A stretch of 64,000 bases of DNA from an uncultured Acidobacteriaceae bacterium (GCA_963803615.1 CAWDNI010000007.1:23445-87444); one strand, 5' to 3'. Positions 40,460 to 50,431 are shown, numbered from the stretch's first letter. Notes: generated by a model not told the origin, from the sequence alone. Translations and numbers: made by a program.

Positions 40460-41184
40460 TCGATCCGATTCTCATGCCATAATCCTCGCGCTGGATACTT
40501 GTGGAAACGGGGGCAGCGCGGCTCTTGGGCGTCTTGACTTAGCTTCGAATCGGCTTGAGATCCTGGGCAAGTCCGACATCTCCGGCCGCACCTATTCGGC
40601 GCAGCTAATTCCGAAAATTGAACAATTGCTTGCCGGCTGCCAAGCGACCGTTCAGGATATTCGCGCCATAGTGGTTGTGCGCGGCCCGGGCAGCTTTACC
40701 GGAATTCGGGTGGGTTTGAGCGCTGCCAAGGGATTGGCTGAAGCGGTAGGCGCGGGCATTGTCGCAGTTTCCCGCCTGGCTCTGCTGGCCGATGTCAGCG
40801 GGTTGCCGCATGTGCTGGCGGCCATCGATGCCGGACGAGGCGAATACTACGTTGGGGAATACCAGGACGGGCAGAACCTTAGGGAAATGCTTCTCAGCAG
40901 GGCCGAGCTCCTGACCGCCGCATCGGAGCCGGGAGCGGGCATCCTGGTCCATGAAGCGCGGCTCAGGGACAGCGGAAGACGTGATCGCTTCTAAGCCTGT
41001 TTATGTAATCGCGCCCGATGCCGCGGATGCGCTTAGCTTCGCTCTCGATCGCTTGCGTTCCGGCAGCTTCGATGATGTAGAAACTCTGGACGCGAATTAT
41101 CTGCGTCGTCCCGATGCAGAGATCTTCGGAGCCACAGGAACCGGTGTGAGAAAAAGTGAGGGCGCCATATCGAAGCTGCCGTGA
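40452..41184 (+). pseudogene. tsaB: tRNA t6A protein TsaB, apparent frameshift near 40950-40990
   Basis: The N-terminal part (ILALDTCGN.., RGPGSFTGIRVG) is in the frame ending at 40994. The characteristic C-terminus (..LDANYLRRPDAEIFG) is in the next frame (ORF 40951..41184). Confidence 0.7.
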
Positions 41185-41666
41185 CCATCCGCGCCATGCG
41201 CGCGTTGGACCTGGATTACGTGTTAGCGATAGCTGACGATTCACCGGAGGCTCCGCGATGGTCACGCCGGCAGTACGAGCAAATGCTGCTTTCCGCTCCG
41301 GGAGCATCCGTCCATCGCACTGCCTTGGTGGCCCATTCCAATGGGGTTCTCGCCGGTTTTGCTATTGCGAACGTCTCGCCCGCGGAGAATCTGGCTGAGC
41401 TGGAGACGCTTGTGGTCCATCTCGCCTTGCGGCGGCGCGGCATCGGTGCTCTGTTGCTCATTACATCGAAGAATTCGGCATACCGTGCGGGCGCTTCCGC
41501 CATGCGTCTGGAGGTTCGCGAATCCAATGCGGCTGCTCTTTCCCTCTATCAGGAACACGGATTCCAAATGGTGGGGCGCCGCAGGTCTTATTATTCGGCT
41601 CCGGTCGAAGATGCCCTCCTGCTCCAAGCAGACTTGCAGGTTCCGGGAGCCTCACGGGACGGGTAA
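41181..41666 (+). CDS. rimI: ribosomal-protein-alanine N-acetyltransferase (GNAT)
   Basis: GNAT motif LRRRGIGALLL. The GTG start overlaps the tsaB stop. This is the classical tsaB-rimI pairing. Confidence 0.8.
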   Translation: MTIRAMRALDLDYVLAIADDSPEAPRWSRRQYEQMLLSAPGASVHRTALVAHSNGVLAGFAIANVSPAENLAELETLVVHLALRRRGIGALLLITSKNSAYRAGASAMRLEVRESNAAALSLYQEHGFQMVGRRRSYYSAPVEDALLLQADLQVPGASRDG

Positions 41667-41806
41667 GCCTATGGGAACAGAGGAAAACACCCCCCCTTTT
41701 TCCACAAATTCCAAGTGGAAATCTTTTCCTTCGCCCCTTGGACTTGACGGCAATCCTCGTGGTATCGTTCAGCGTCTATAGTGAAATAGAAGGAGGAGCC
41801 GCTCCT

Positions 41807-42025
41807 ATGGGTGAAGCAAACGGCCAGATGACGGGTGAGGCGCTACGCCATCTGGAGGAACAGCACCGCCGCTATTCCCGGCAGCTTGAATTGCTGTCGA
41901 GCAAACCGTATCTTTCGGAGGATGAAAAGCTCGAAGAGGTTCGTCTGAAAAAGATAAAATTGCGCCTTAAAGATCAGATGTCAGGCCTATTAGGCGCACA
42001 GAACAGGATCAGCAGCATCGCCTGA
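41807..42025 (+). CDS. DUF465 (YdcH-like) small protein
   Basis: ATG at 41807 follows gaaggaggag. [33 protein letters not shown] matches the DUF465 pattern. Confidence 0.75.
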   Translation: MGEANGQMTGEALRHLEEQHRRYSRQLELLSSKPYLSEDEKLEEVRLKKIKLRLKDQMSGLLGAQNRISSIA

Positions 42026-42053
42026 CGGACTTTCCAATAGCACCGCGGGCTCC

Positions 42054-42791
42054 ATGCTCCAGCCTGAGAGTATGAGTGTGTCCACTCCTGGCCCCTCTAT
42101 AATCCCAATAGAGTCTTTTTTTCTCAACATGGTACGTGACGGATATTTCTACGGTTTGGGGTTTGTTGGAGCCGGGGTTTTGCTGGGCTTGCTTACCGGT
42201 AACTGGAATTGGGCGCTGCCGCCGCTAGTACTGGCCCTCTTCTTTCTCTGGTTTTTTCGCGACCCGGAGCGTGCAGCGCCGGAAGAACCTGGCCTCGTCG
42301 TCTCGCCAGCCGACGGCAAGCTTACAGAAGCGGTACGTGTTCCGACTCCCGATGGAGAACGTATCCGCCTCAGCATTTTTCTGAGCGTCTTCGATGTCCA
42401 TGTGAATCGCTCGCCTATCGCCGGGACGGTGAGCGCGGTGCGCTATCGCAAGGGCGAATACCTGAATGCTCTCAACCCTGCGTCAGCCGAGAGAAATGAG
42501 CAAAACAGCGTTACCGTTCAAGGCGACGAGTTCGAAGTGACCTTCAAGCAGATCGCCGGCTTGCTTGCCCGCCGCATTGTTTTTCACCCGAAGCCCGGCG
42601 ACTTCGTAGCCCGCGGCCAGCGGGTCGGATTGATCAAATTCGGCTCGCGGGTCGACATTCTGCTGCCTGGGCACGCGCGCCTCCGGGTTGCGCCCGGCCA
42701 GCGTGTCAAAGGCGGCTCCTCCATTTTGGCGGACGTCCGGTCAGCGCAAGACGAATCCGCGTTCGACGTTCTGGAGGAGACGTTCGCTTGA
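42054..42791 (+). CDS. psd: phosphatidylserine decarboxylase proenzyme (short form)
   Basis: [20 protein letters not shown] and the cleavage-site FGSRVD. The start may instead be 42129 (MVRDGYFYG). Confidence 0.9.
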   Translation: MLQPESMSVSTPGPSIIPIESFFLNMVRDGYFYGLGFVGAGVLLGLLTGNWNWALPPLVLALFFLWFFRDPERAAPEEPGLVVSPADGKLTEAVRVPTPDGERIRLSIFLSVFDVHVNRSPIAGTVSAVRYRKGEYLNALNPASAERNEQNSVTVQGDEFEVTFKQIAGLLARRIVFHPKPGDFVARGQRVGLIKFGSRVDILLPGHARLRVAPGQRVKGGSSILADVRSAQDESAFDVLEETFA

Positions 42792-43666
42792 ACGATGAAG
42801 CCGAAAGGGTCCAAGGCGGGCGTCTCAGGCGCATGGGGCAAAGAGGCCGGCGGCGCCGCGGCAGATCGCGCCGGGGGATGTATATCTTGCCCTCCCTTTT
42901 TACCTCGGGGAATATAGCCGCAGGCTACTATGCCATCACCCAGAGCTTGCAGGGCTCGGTAATGGAACCGCGGCATTTCAACTATGCCGCGCTGGCCATC
43001 GGCTTCGCCATACCTTTCGACGCCCTGGATGGCCGCATCGCCCGCATGACTAAGACCACCAGTGAGTTCGGGAAGGAACTCGATTCACTGGCCGACGTCA
43101 TCACGTTTGGTGTCGCGCCCAGCGTGCTGGCCTTTACCTGGGGTTTTCATACTCTGCCTGCCGCTATGGATCCGGGGTTGCGGCAGAAAGTAGTACAGTT
43201 CGGCGCCTTTGTGTGTTTTCTATTCCTGCTTTGCGGAGCCAGCCGCCTAGCGCGATTCAATATCAGCATCAATCCGGAGCCAAAAAATCCCGGGCGCGAG
43301 GGACGAAAATATTTCGTCGGCATGCCTATTCCCGCTGCCGCAGGCGTGATTGCCGCCGTAGTCCACTATTTTCTGGGAAACCCCATTCCTAATTGGTGGG
43401 TAGCGCTGATCTGGATGGCGCTGGTTGGACTGATTGGTTTTCTCATGGTCAGCACATGGCGGTTTTGGAGCGGCAAGGAGATCAATTTAGCCAATCGCCA
43501 TCCCTTCCAACTTATCGTGCTGCTCGGGCTGGTGATCTATGCCATGGTATTTTTTTCGCAATACGTTCTGATTCTTTTTGCTTTCATCTATATGTTTTCC
43601 GGCATCTTCGCCCGCGCCGCTTATTCCTGGCAGCGCCGCCGTCGAATCACCAGCGGCATCCAATGA
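42788..43666 (+). CDS. pssA: CDP-diacylglycerol--serine O-phosphatidyltransferase
   Basis: CDP-alcohol phosphatidyltransferase motif [26 protein letters not shown]. Start uncertain (TTG 42788 overlapping the psd stop, or a downstream ATG). Confidence 0.9.
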   Translation: MNDEAERVQGGRLRRMGQRGRRRRGRSRRGMYILPSLFTSGNIAAGYYAITQSLQGSVMEPRHFNYAALAIGFAIPFDALDGRIARMTKTTSEFGKELDSLADVITFGVAPSVLAFTWGFHTLPAAMDPGLRQKVVQFGAFVCFLFLLCGASRLARFNISINPEPKNPGREGRKYFVGMPIPAAAGVIAAVVHYFLGNPIPNWWVALIWMALVGLIGFLMVSTWRFWSGKEINLANRHPFQLIVLLGLVIYAMVFFSQYVLILFAFIYMFSGIFARAAYSWQRRRRITSGIQ

Positions 43667-43748
43667 ATCTGTATCTTGTCAGATGATGCTTCCCGTAAAC
43701 GGTCCAAGGCCCCGGCCATTATCCTAGAGGACAAGCAGACTGATCCAC

Positions 43749-43866
43749 TATAGCGTTTTCACAATTGGTGTATCCCAATAAACTACTCTCGACGCAGGCG
43801 TTCCATCAAAGAACGCCTGCACATAGCCAACTCTCACCAGGACACAGTAATTGTGAAAACGCTACA
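43749..43866 (+). repeat. palindromic intergenic element, copy B (subfamily 2)
   Basis: TIR TA-TAGCGTTTTCACAATT / AATTGTGAAAACGCTA-CA. GGTGTA and ACAGTA boxes. Central hairpin AGGCGTTC-CATCAAA-GAACGCCT. Confidence 0.85.
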
Positions 43867-44913
43867 ATGACAGAAAACTACCGTATCGCGATCGTAGGAG
43901 CCGCTTCCCTCCGCGGCAAAGAACTCAATGAGGCTCTGACCGAGTCGAGCTTCGCCGCTTCGGAATTTGCGCTCATGGACGACCAGGAAGCGCTCGGACA
44001 GCTCGAAGCGGTCGGTGAAGAAGTAACCTTCATTCAGCAGATAACCCCCAGTTCATTCGAGCGCATCGATTTCGCTTTCTTCGCCGGACATCCGAAGGTT
44101 ACGCGGATGCACTGGCAAACCGCCATGCGTGCGGGCGCCAGCATTATCGATCTCTCCTACGCGCTGGAAAGAGAGGCAGGCGTGCTGGTGCGGGCGCCTT
44201 GGATCGGCGAAAGGGGAAGCGATGGCGCGCCGCTCGCGCCGCCGGATTTGCACACGCCGGCGATCATTCCCGCGCATCCCGCCGCGGTAACTCTCGCCCT
44301 ATTGCTGCAACGCCTGCAGAGCATCGGAGCCATTCGCAACGTATCGGTTACCATTCTTGAGCCTTCCTCCGAGCATGGACGCGCGGCCATGGACGAACTG
44401 CATCAGCAGACCGTATCGCTGCTTTCATTCCAGAGTATTCCCAAAAATATTTATGACATCCAAATAGCCTTCAATGCGATTGTGGCAAGCGGCGAGGCGG
44501 CGAAGGTCAATCTGCAGGAGATTGAATCGCGTGTGCGCCGCCACTATGCTCTGCTTTCCGGCGGACGCCTGCCGCAGATCTCGTTACAGTTGATTCATAT
44601 TCCGGTTTTTCACGGGCACAACTTCTCCATTGCCGTCGAGTTCGAGCAGCCGGTTACGCTGGAACATGTGGAGGCCGCGCTTTCCGGGGCGCACGTAGAG
44701 ATCGTTCTGGGCGACGCGGACGCGCCCAGCAATCTTACCGCCGCCGGCCAGGAAGATATTCTGGTTCGCGTTCGTTCAGGTGAAGAAGGCAGCGCGCCCT
44801 CGCGCCGTCTGTGGCTATGGGCCTCGATCGACAACCTCAAAGTCTGCGCTTACAACGCAGTCGAGTGCGCTCAGGAATTGCGGAAACTGAGGCCGCATGG
44901 CACGGTCCAATAA
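43867..44913 (+). CDS. aspartate-semialdehyde dehydrogenase family protein lacking the active-site cysteine
   Basis: Rossmann RIAIVGAASLRGKEL, IAFNAI, IPVFHGHNFSIAVEF and DNLKVCAYNAVECAQ align with Asd. The NPNCST position reads PAHPAAV. Confidence 0.75.
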   Translation: MTENYRIAIVGAASLRGKELNEALTESSFAASEFALMDDQEALGQLEAVGEEVTFIQQITPSSFERIDFAFFAGHPKVTRMHWQTAMRAGASIIDLSYALEREAGVLVRAPWIGERGSDGAPLAPPDLHTPAIIPAHPAAVTLALLLQRLQSIGAIRNVSVTILEPSSEHGRAAMDELHQQTVSLLSFQSIPKNIYDIQIAFNAIVASGEAAKVNLQEIESRVRRHYALLSGGRLPQISLQLIHIPVFHGHNFSIAVEFEQPVTLEHVEAALSGAHVEIVLGDADAPSNLTAAGQEDILVRVRSGEEGSAPSRRLWLWASIDNLKVCAYNAVECAQELRKLRPHGTVQ

Positions 44914-44915
44914 TC

Positions 44916-46079
44916 TCAATCTCGAAGCCTCTCCTTATATTGCAGAAGGATGTAGTGGTCGGTCATCCCCGCGATGTAGTCAGCTACGGCACGGGCTGCG
45001 CCTTCTTCGCCGATCTGGTCCTGGTAAGTCTCAGGCAATAGTCCTGGATTGCGTACCCAGCAGGTGAAAAGCTCGCGCACTACCATACCGGCATCGCGCA
45101 AGTTGTGCTGTAGTTCTTCACTGGAGTAGAGCGTCTGGTAGAGATATTGCTTAGCTTCGCGGCGCAACGCCTCAGTCTCCGCGGAGAGCGCGGCCAACCT
45201 TTCCGGGAAATCACGGATCTCCTCAAGAGTCGCGATGCCGGCGCGATTCACTCTGCCGGCGGTCTCACGGATGAGATCCCCAACGAACGCATTCAACATC
45301 TTCTTAAGCGCTTCATTGAAGAGGAGAGATTCCGCCGCATTTGGATATTCTTTTTTCGCCGCGAGCAAAGCGCGGTTGAAGATCTCGACATGGGCGCAAA
45401 TGCTGTTCAGTTCCAGCATCCCCGCCTCCATGCCGTCTTCCATATCCGCGCAAAGATAGGCTATCTCGTCCGCCAGATCGATCAGTTGCGCCTCCAGGGG
45501 AGGCCGCTTATCTAGAAAATAGGCGCTTAATTCAGGATGCTCCGCTACCGAATAGTCCCGCGAGTGCTTGACGATCCCCTCACGTACGCCGAGGGTAAGG
45601 TTCAAGCCGCGAAACGCCGCGTAGCGAATCTCAAAGTATTCCACGATACGCAAAGCATGGAGATTATGGTCGAAGCGCAATCCAAACTCACGCATGGCGT
45701 CATCCAAGGCCCGCTCCCCGGCATGCCCAAAGGGAGGGTGCCCGATATCGTGCGCAAGCGCCAGGGCTTCAGTCAGATCTTCATTCAGGCGTAACGCATT
45801 GGCTATGGCGCGCGCGATCTGCGCCACTTCCATGGTGTGGGTGAGACGGCTGCGAAAGTGGTCGGAATAGGGCCGCGTGAATACCTGCGTCTTGCCCGCC
45901 AGCCGCCGGAATGCACGCGAATGGATTACACGCGCTCGATCGCGCTGGAATGGAGTTCGGTAGGAGTGTGCCGGTTCCGCATGTTTCCGTTGCGCCAAAG
46001 GGCTATCGGGGACAATTGCCACGGCGCAACCTGGCGGCAAAAAGCTGACTTCGCCAGAGAATTTGTCGCTTACCGTCAC
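44916..46079 (-). CDS. dgt: dGTP triphosphohydrolase-like HD-domain protein
   Basis: FQRDRARVIHSRAFRRL, RLTHTMEV and HDIGHPPFGHAGE motifs. Confidence 0.9.
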   Translation of the reverse strand: MTVSDKFSGEVSFLPPGCAVAIVPDSPLAQRKHAEPAHSYRTPFQRDRARVIHSRAFRRLAGKTQVFTRPYSDHFRSRLTHTMEVAQIARAIANALRLNEDLTEALALAHDIGHPPFGHAGERALDDAMREFGLRFDHNLHALRIVEYFEIRYAAFRGLNLTLGVREGIVKHSRDYSVAEHPELSAYFLDKRPPLEAQLIDLADEIAYLCADMEDGMEAGMLELNSICAHVEIFNRALLAAKKEYPNAAESLLFNEALKKMLNAFVGDLIRETAGRVNRAGIATLEEIRDFPERLAALSAETEALRREAKQYLYQTLYSSEELQHNLRDAGMVVRELFTCWVRNPGLLPETYQDQIGEEGAARAVADYIAGMTDHYILLQYKERLRD

Positions 46080-46085
46080 AAGTGC

Positions 46086-48254
46086 TTATTTCGGGTCCGA
46101 GCCCGTCGATCCTTCCTTGGCCAGCTTGACCCGCGCCGTCTCCAGCTTCTTCTGCACCTTGCTCACATCGGTCGGTTCGGCGTCGGCCGCAACGGTTTGG
46201 GAGTACTCCTTGAGGCTCTGCTCCCATTGTGCGGCTGCGAGCTTCAGACGGCCGGTTTTCTCATAAAGCTCACCCAAATGGTCGTGAACGGTAGGGTCCG
46301 TGGACATGCGTTCGCTCGCCTTACGCAGATTAGCCTCAGAAAGGGCATACTGTCCCATTTTGAAATAGACCCAGCCGAGCGAATCCAGGTAAGCGCCATT
46401 TTGCGGATCGAGTTGCACGGCCTTCTGCACCATGCTGAGCGCCTCGTTCAGCTTGATCCCGCGATCGGCTAACATGTAGCCGAGATAGTTCAGCGTCATA
46501 GTGTTGTTCGGGTCAATGGCGAGAATCTTGCGGAATTCTTCCTCCGCGGGATCGTAGTGCTTCTGGCGTTCAGCCAGCGCACCCCGTAGAAAATAGACGT
46601 AGATCTTATCGTCCGGTTTGGCTGAGAGCGAATCCGCCTTGTCGAGTTCTTCGCCTGCCTCTTTCCAGCGGCGTAAGCGAGTATAAATTTGCGCCAGCGA
46701 CATTTCGACGTCGCGATCTTCCGGAGTTCCCGTAAGCTGGGCCTTTGCCAGGCTGATTCCTTCCTCAGCTTTGCCGGTATCCGCCAGCTGTCCAGCCAGC
46801 ATCAGGCGAACGCTCTTACTCTTGGGGAGCGCTTTTGTGGCCTGTTGCGCCACGGCAGTAGCCTTGTCGTACTCCTTAGCATCGCGGTAAGAGTCCACCT
46901 GACCCTGATAGCCGCGCTCGGCGTAGTCGCCGCCCAGGGAAATCATTTTCTGGTAAGCCGCGACCGCGAGATCAACCTTATTCTGCTCACGATAGACGTT
47001 GGCCAGCCGGTCCAGGAAGATGGAGCGATTGTTCTTATCCGCATCGGAATACTGCCCGTCCGGATGACTGGTCTTGGCCACAAGGCTTTCGAGGATCTGC
47101 GTGGCCTCGTCATAGCGGCCCAGACAATCATCGATTAACGCCTCGTTGAAACTGACCTCCAAAGAATCCGAGGCTAGACCCTTGGCCTTTTCCAGGGTTG
47201 TCAAAGCCTGATCATAATGGCCCTGCCGCCGCTGAATTTCAGAGATTCGCAAATAGGACTGCGCATCCTGCGGATCGGACGCTGCGATCGATTCAAAGTG
47301 TTTGAGCGCGGCATCCATCTGGTTGTCATTCAAGAGCGCCTGCGCCAAGCCCCGCTCCGCGTCGAGATTATCCGGCTCGAGGTCTAATGCCTTGGTATAC
47401 GCGTCGATGGCCTTCTTGTTGTCCTTTAACTGGTCGTAACTTACGCCGAGAGCATATTCGATTCTTGCGGTGCGGTCATCTTCGGGCACCGAATTCAGCA
47501 CGGTGATCGCGCGCTGGGTATCACCGGAGTCGCCATACAGGCGCGCCAAATTCAATACGACGTTTTCAGATCCGGGATCGATCTTTTGCGCGTCCTGGAA
47601 CTGTTCCGCTGCCCGCGGCGTGTCATGGCCAAGCGTGTAGAGTTGGCCAAGCAAGAGATGGTTTTCGACGTCATTGGGTTCCAGTTGAACGATCTTTGTG
47701 TATTCGGCGATGGCAAGCTGCAGCACTTTCTCGGAAGGCCCGGTAGTCTGCATATTGCCCAAGGATTGAAGGTAGACCCGGCCTAGAAGCTTATGCGCCT
47801 CCAGATTGTCAGGGTCGGTCTTGAGCGTTGCCTGCGCAGCCATAACTGCGTCGCGCACCCGGCCGGTGCGGAGATAGAGCTCGGCCAGCCCGCTAGTCAG
47901 GTACTTGGATGTCGGATCGGCATCCAATGCAAGCTTGTATTCTTCAATTGCGCGCGTGGCATACTCGGGCCGCCCGTAATTGGTGGCCATATCTTCGTAG
48001 ATGTGGGCCATGCCGAAATGGAAATAAGCTGCCGCCCGGTCTGGCGCCTGCCCGGGCGCAGGTTTGGCGGGGGCCTTTGGGGTAGTCGCTGGCGCCGGCT
48101 GCTTTGAGGTTTGCTGCGCCCATAGAGGGCCGGCCGAAATCATTACCGCCAGTGCGATTCCGCGATAGAGATAGCCTGGGCGAACTCGGCAGATATCGGG
48201 TGACATTACCCTGCGCATCGCGCACAAAAAATCCTGTTTTGTCTTGCTATTCAT
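46086..48254 (-). CDS. tetratricopeptide repeat protein, secreted/periplasmic
   Basis: Many TPR units (A..Y..AL..DP.N..A...LG..Y). I chose the ATG at 48254 (MNSKTKQ..) because the upstream extension has no protein-like character. Confidence 0.8.
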   Translation of the reverse strand: MNSKTKQDFLCAMRRVMSPDICRVRPGYLYRGIALAVMISAGPLWAQQTSKQPAPATTPKAPAKPAPGQAPDRAAAYFHFGMAHIYEDMATNYGRPEYATRAIEEYKLALDADPTSKYLTSGLAELYLRTGRVRDAVMAAQATLKTDPDNLEAHKLLGRVYLQSLGNMQTTGPSEKVLQLAIAEYTKIVQLEPNDVENHLLLGQLYTLGHDTPRAAEQFQDAQKIDPGSENVVLNLARLYGDSGDTQRAITVLNSVPEDDRTARIEYALGVSYDQLKDNKKAIDAYTKALDLEPDNLDAERGLAQALLNDNQMDAALKHFESIAASDPQDAQSYLRISEIQRRQGHYDQALTTLEKAKGLASDSLEVSFNEALIDDCLGRYDEATQILESLVAKTSHPDGQYSDADKNNRSIFLDRLANVYREQNKVDLAVAAYQKMISLGGDYAERGYQGQVDSYRDAKEYDKATAVAQQATKALPKSKSVRLMLAGQLADTGKAEEGISLAKAQLTGTPEDRDVEMSLAQIYTRLRRWKEAGEELDKADSLSAKPDDKIYVYFLRGALAERQKHYDPAEEEFRKILAIDPNNTMTLNYLGYMLADRGIKLNEALSMVQKAVQLDPQNGAYLDSLGWVYFKMGQYALSEANLRKASERMSTDPTVHDHLGELYEKTGRLKLAAAQWEQSLKEYSQTVAADAEPTDVSKVQKKLETARVKLAKEGSTGSDPK

Positions 48255-48652
48255 CGTGGGAGTCCTATGGCCCGGATTTTCGCTTCGTTGAAGACACGCC
48301 CGCCGGCAGGCATTCTTGAGCGGCGTCCGGCGTCTGAGACAAATCTGCGCGAGGCAGCGATTATCCTGGAGCCGGTCCGATGAAGCGTACGAGCACACTT
48401 CTGCCGTAAAGACGATTGTAACGCCGTGCACATCAGTTTACTTCCAGAGGGACAGCCAAAGCGCGGATTCGCGCTGCTTTTGGTCTCACGAAGACCGCCA
48501 CGAAGGTTGCAGAGACTTACAGCCGGACTCGGACCTTGTTGAAAACGCTCCGAAGCACCCGAGCGAGGCGCCCGCGGACGTAGGCAGTGCCGCTGCTGCA
48601 TACAAGATATTGTTGCCTTATCGGTCCGCAAAGCCGTTTTTCAACAAGCTCT

Positions 48653-48767
48653 TAGAACTGGTCTCATAGATGGATTTTGAGGCTTCGGTCGAAAGCATGA
48701 GCCCGCTTCGGTGGCGGGTCTCATCCACAACGTTGGCGAGGGAGTTGGGTTTATGAGACCAGTTCTA
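48653..48767 (-). repeat. 115-nt TA-bounded palindromic element at the purH 3' end
   Basis: Perfect 16-bp inverted repeat TAGAACTGGTCTCATA (48653-48668) / TATGAGACCAGTTCTA (48752-48767). A central 8-bp stem / 7-nt loop hairpin and a second UUCG-type hairpin lie inside. The right arm contains the purH stop codon. Confidence 0.7.
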
Positions 48768-50348
48768 GTGCCGGAAGTGCCGCATCCCGGTAAATGCCAT
48801 GGCAATGCCGAGCTCGTCCGCCTTCTGAATGACTTCCGGGTCCCTTACCGAGCCGCCCGGCTGAATTACGGCCGTCGCGCCGGCTGCGGCCGCCGTTTCC
48901 AATCCATCCGAAAACGGGAAATAAGCGTCAGAAGCCGCGACGCAGCCGGCCAGCGGCAGCACAGCCTTTATCGCGCCAAATTTCGCCGCATCTACCCGGC
49001 TCATCTGCCCGGCCCCGACCCCTAACGTCTGACCATCCCGCGCGTAGACGATGGCATTCGATTTCACGTGTTTGGCAATCCGCCACGCGAATAGGAGCGA
49101 GTTCATCTCGCCATCGGTGGGCTGACGTTTCGTGACGATCTTCAGTTCTTTCGCAGTTACACCACCGAGGTCAGGATCCTGCAGCAGCAGGCCGCCGGAG
49201 ACCTGCCTGATCACCCACCCCGGCTGTGCGTCTTCGACTTCGATCAACCGAAGATTTTTTTTGGCTTTGAATCGCTCCAGAGCCCCTTCGCTGAAGGAGG
49301 GAGCGGCGATAGCCTCGACGAACAATTGCGCAATCTCCTGGGCGGCTGCTTCGTCCAATTCGCGGTTAATGCCGATTACGCTGCCGAAAGCTGAGACAGG
49401 ATCGGTTGCCAGAGCCTTTCTGTAAGCGTCGGCGATTGAGCTCGACACTGCCGCCCCGGACGGGTTGGTGTGCTTGATGATGGCGACGGCGGGTTCAGCG
49501 AACTCCCGCACTAGTTCCCAGGCAGCATCCAAGTCGACTAGGTTGTTGTAGCTCAATTCTTTGCCCTGGAGCTGCCGTGCTCCCGCAATGCCCCTGCCCG
49601 TCCCATCCGTATAGAGAGCGGCCCTCTGGTGCGGGTTCTCTCCATAGCGAAGATCGGCGACTTTGGAGTGGGCTGTCGAGAGCGTCTGTGGGAACGGGGC
49701 GGCTCCGCCGGAAACGAGCTCTACAGGAACCGAGTGGCGAGGCGGCGAAGCGATTTCGTCGAGCGTTCGAGATATGGCGGAATCGTAAGCCGCCGTCGCC
49801 GCAAAGGCCTGTTTAGCCAATCTCCAGCGAGTATCCAAACTCAGCGATCCTTGAGTTCGCTTGAACTCCTCCGCCACAGCTTCGTACTCCGCGGGAGAAG
49901 TCAACACTGCCACATCTTCAAAATTCTTGGCCGCTGAGCGAATCATCGAAGGGCCGCCGATATCGATATTTTCGATCAGATCTCCAAAGAGAACCTCTGG
50001 TTTCCGGGCGGTCGCCACAAAGGCGTAAAGGTTCACCACAACCATATCGATCGGCTCGATTTCATGCTCCGCCACGGCCGCGAGGTGTTCCTGGTTGGTT
50101 CGCACGTGGAGGATTCCCCCGTGAACCTTGGGGTGCAGGGTTTTCACCCGGCCATCGAGCATCTCCGGGAATCCAGTCAGGTCCGAGACATCGCGCACTG
50201 CAAGCCCAGCCTCCCGCATCGCGCGAGCCGTCCCGCCGGTCGAAACCAACTCTGTTCCCATACCTGCCAACTGCCGGGCAAATTCCACTAATCCCGTCTT
50301 GTCCGTGACGCTTAAAAGGGCCCGCCGAATCTGTCTATCTCCCGCCAA
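48765..50348 (-). CDS. purH: bifunctional AICAR transformylase / IMP cyclohydrolase
   Basis: ALLSVTDKTG MGS domain N-terminus. Full-length 527 aa ending ..FTGMRHFRH. Confidence 0.95.
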   Translation of the reverse strand: MAGDRQIRRALLSVTDKTGLVEFARQLAGMGTELVSTGGTARAMREAGLAVRDVSDLTGFPEMLDGRVKTLHPKVHGGILHVRTNQEHLAAVAEHEIEPIDMVVVNLYAFVATARKPEVLFGDLIENIDIGGPSMIRSAAKNFEDVAVLTSPAEYEAVAEEFKRTQGSLSLDTRWRLAKQAFAATAAYDSAISRTLDEIASPPRHSVPVELVSGGAAPFPQTLSTAHSKVADLRYGENPHQRAALYTDGTGRGIAGARQLQGKELSYNNLVDLDAAWELVREFAEPAVAIIKHTNPSGAAVSSSIADAYRKALATDPVSAFGSVIGINRELDEAAAQEIAQLFVEAIAAPSFSEGALERFKAKKNLRLIEVEDAQPGWVIRQVSGGLLLQDPDLGGVTAKELKIVTKRQPTDGEMNSLLFAWRIAKHVKSNAIVYARDGQTLGVGAGQMSRVDAAKFGAIKAVLPLAGCVAASDAYFPFSDGLETAAAAGATAVIQPGGSVRDPEVIQKADELGIAMAFTGMRHFRH

Positions 50349-50431
50349 TCCATGCTCCTTATCTCTGCTCTATGCCTATCATGCCAGATCGGCCGGTTTG
50401 TCAGAGTTGCCGTCTCAGGGTAGCCTAGCCT

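Noticed and set aside
50349-50431. Possible ZTP (pfl) riboswitch upstream of purH
   Set aside because: I read the minus strand of the 83-nt leader. The conserved GGGUCGUGAC...CCGGGCGGA...CCGCCUGGGC-type elements are not present.
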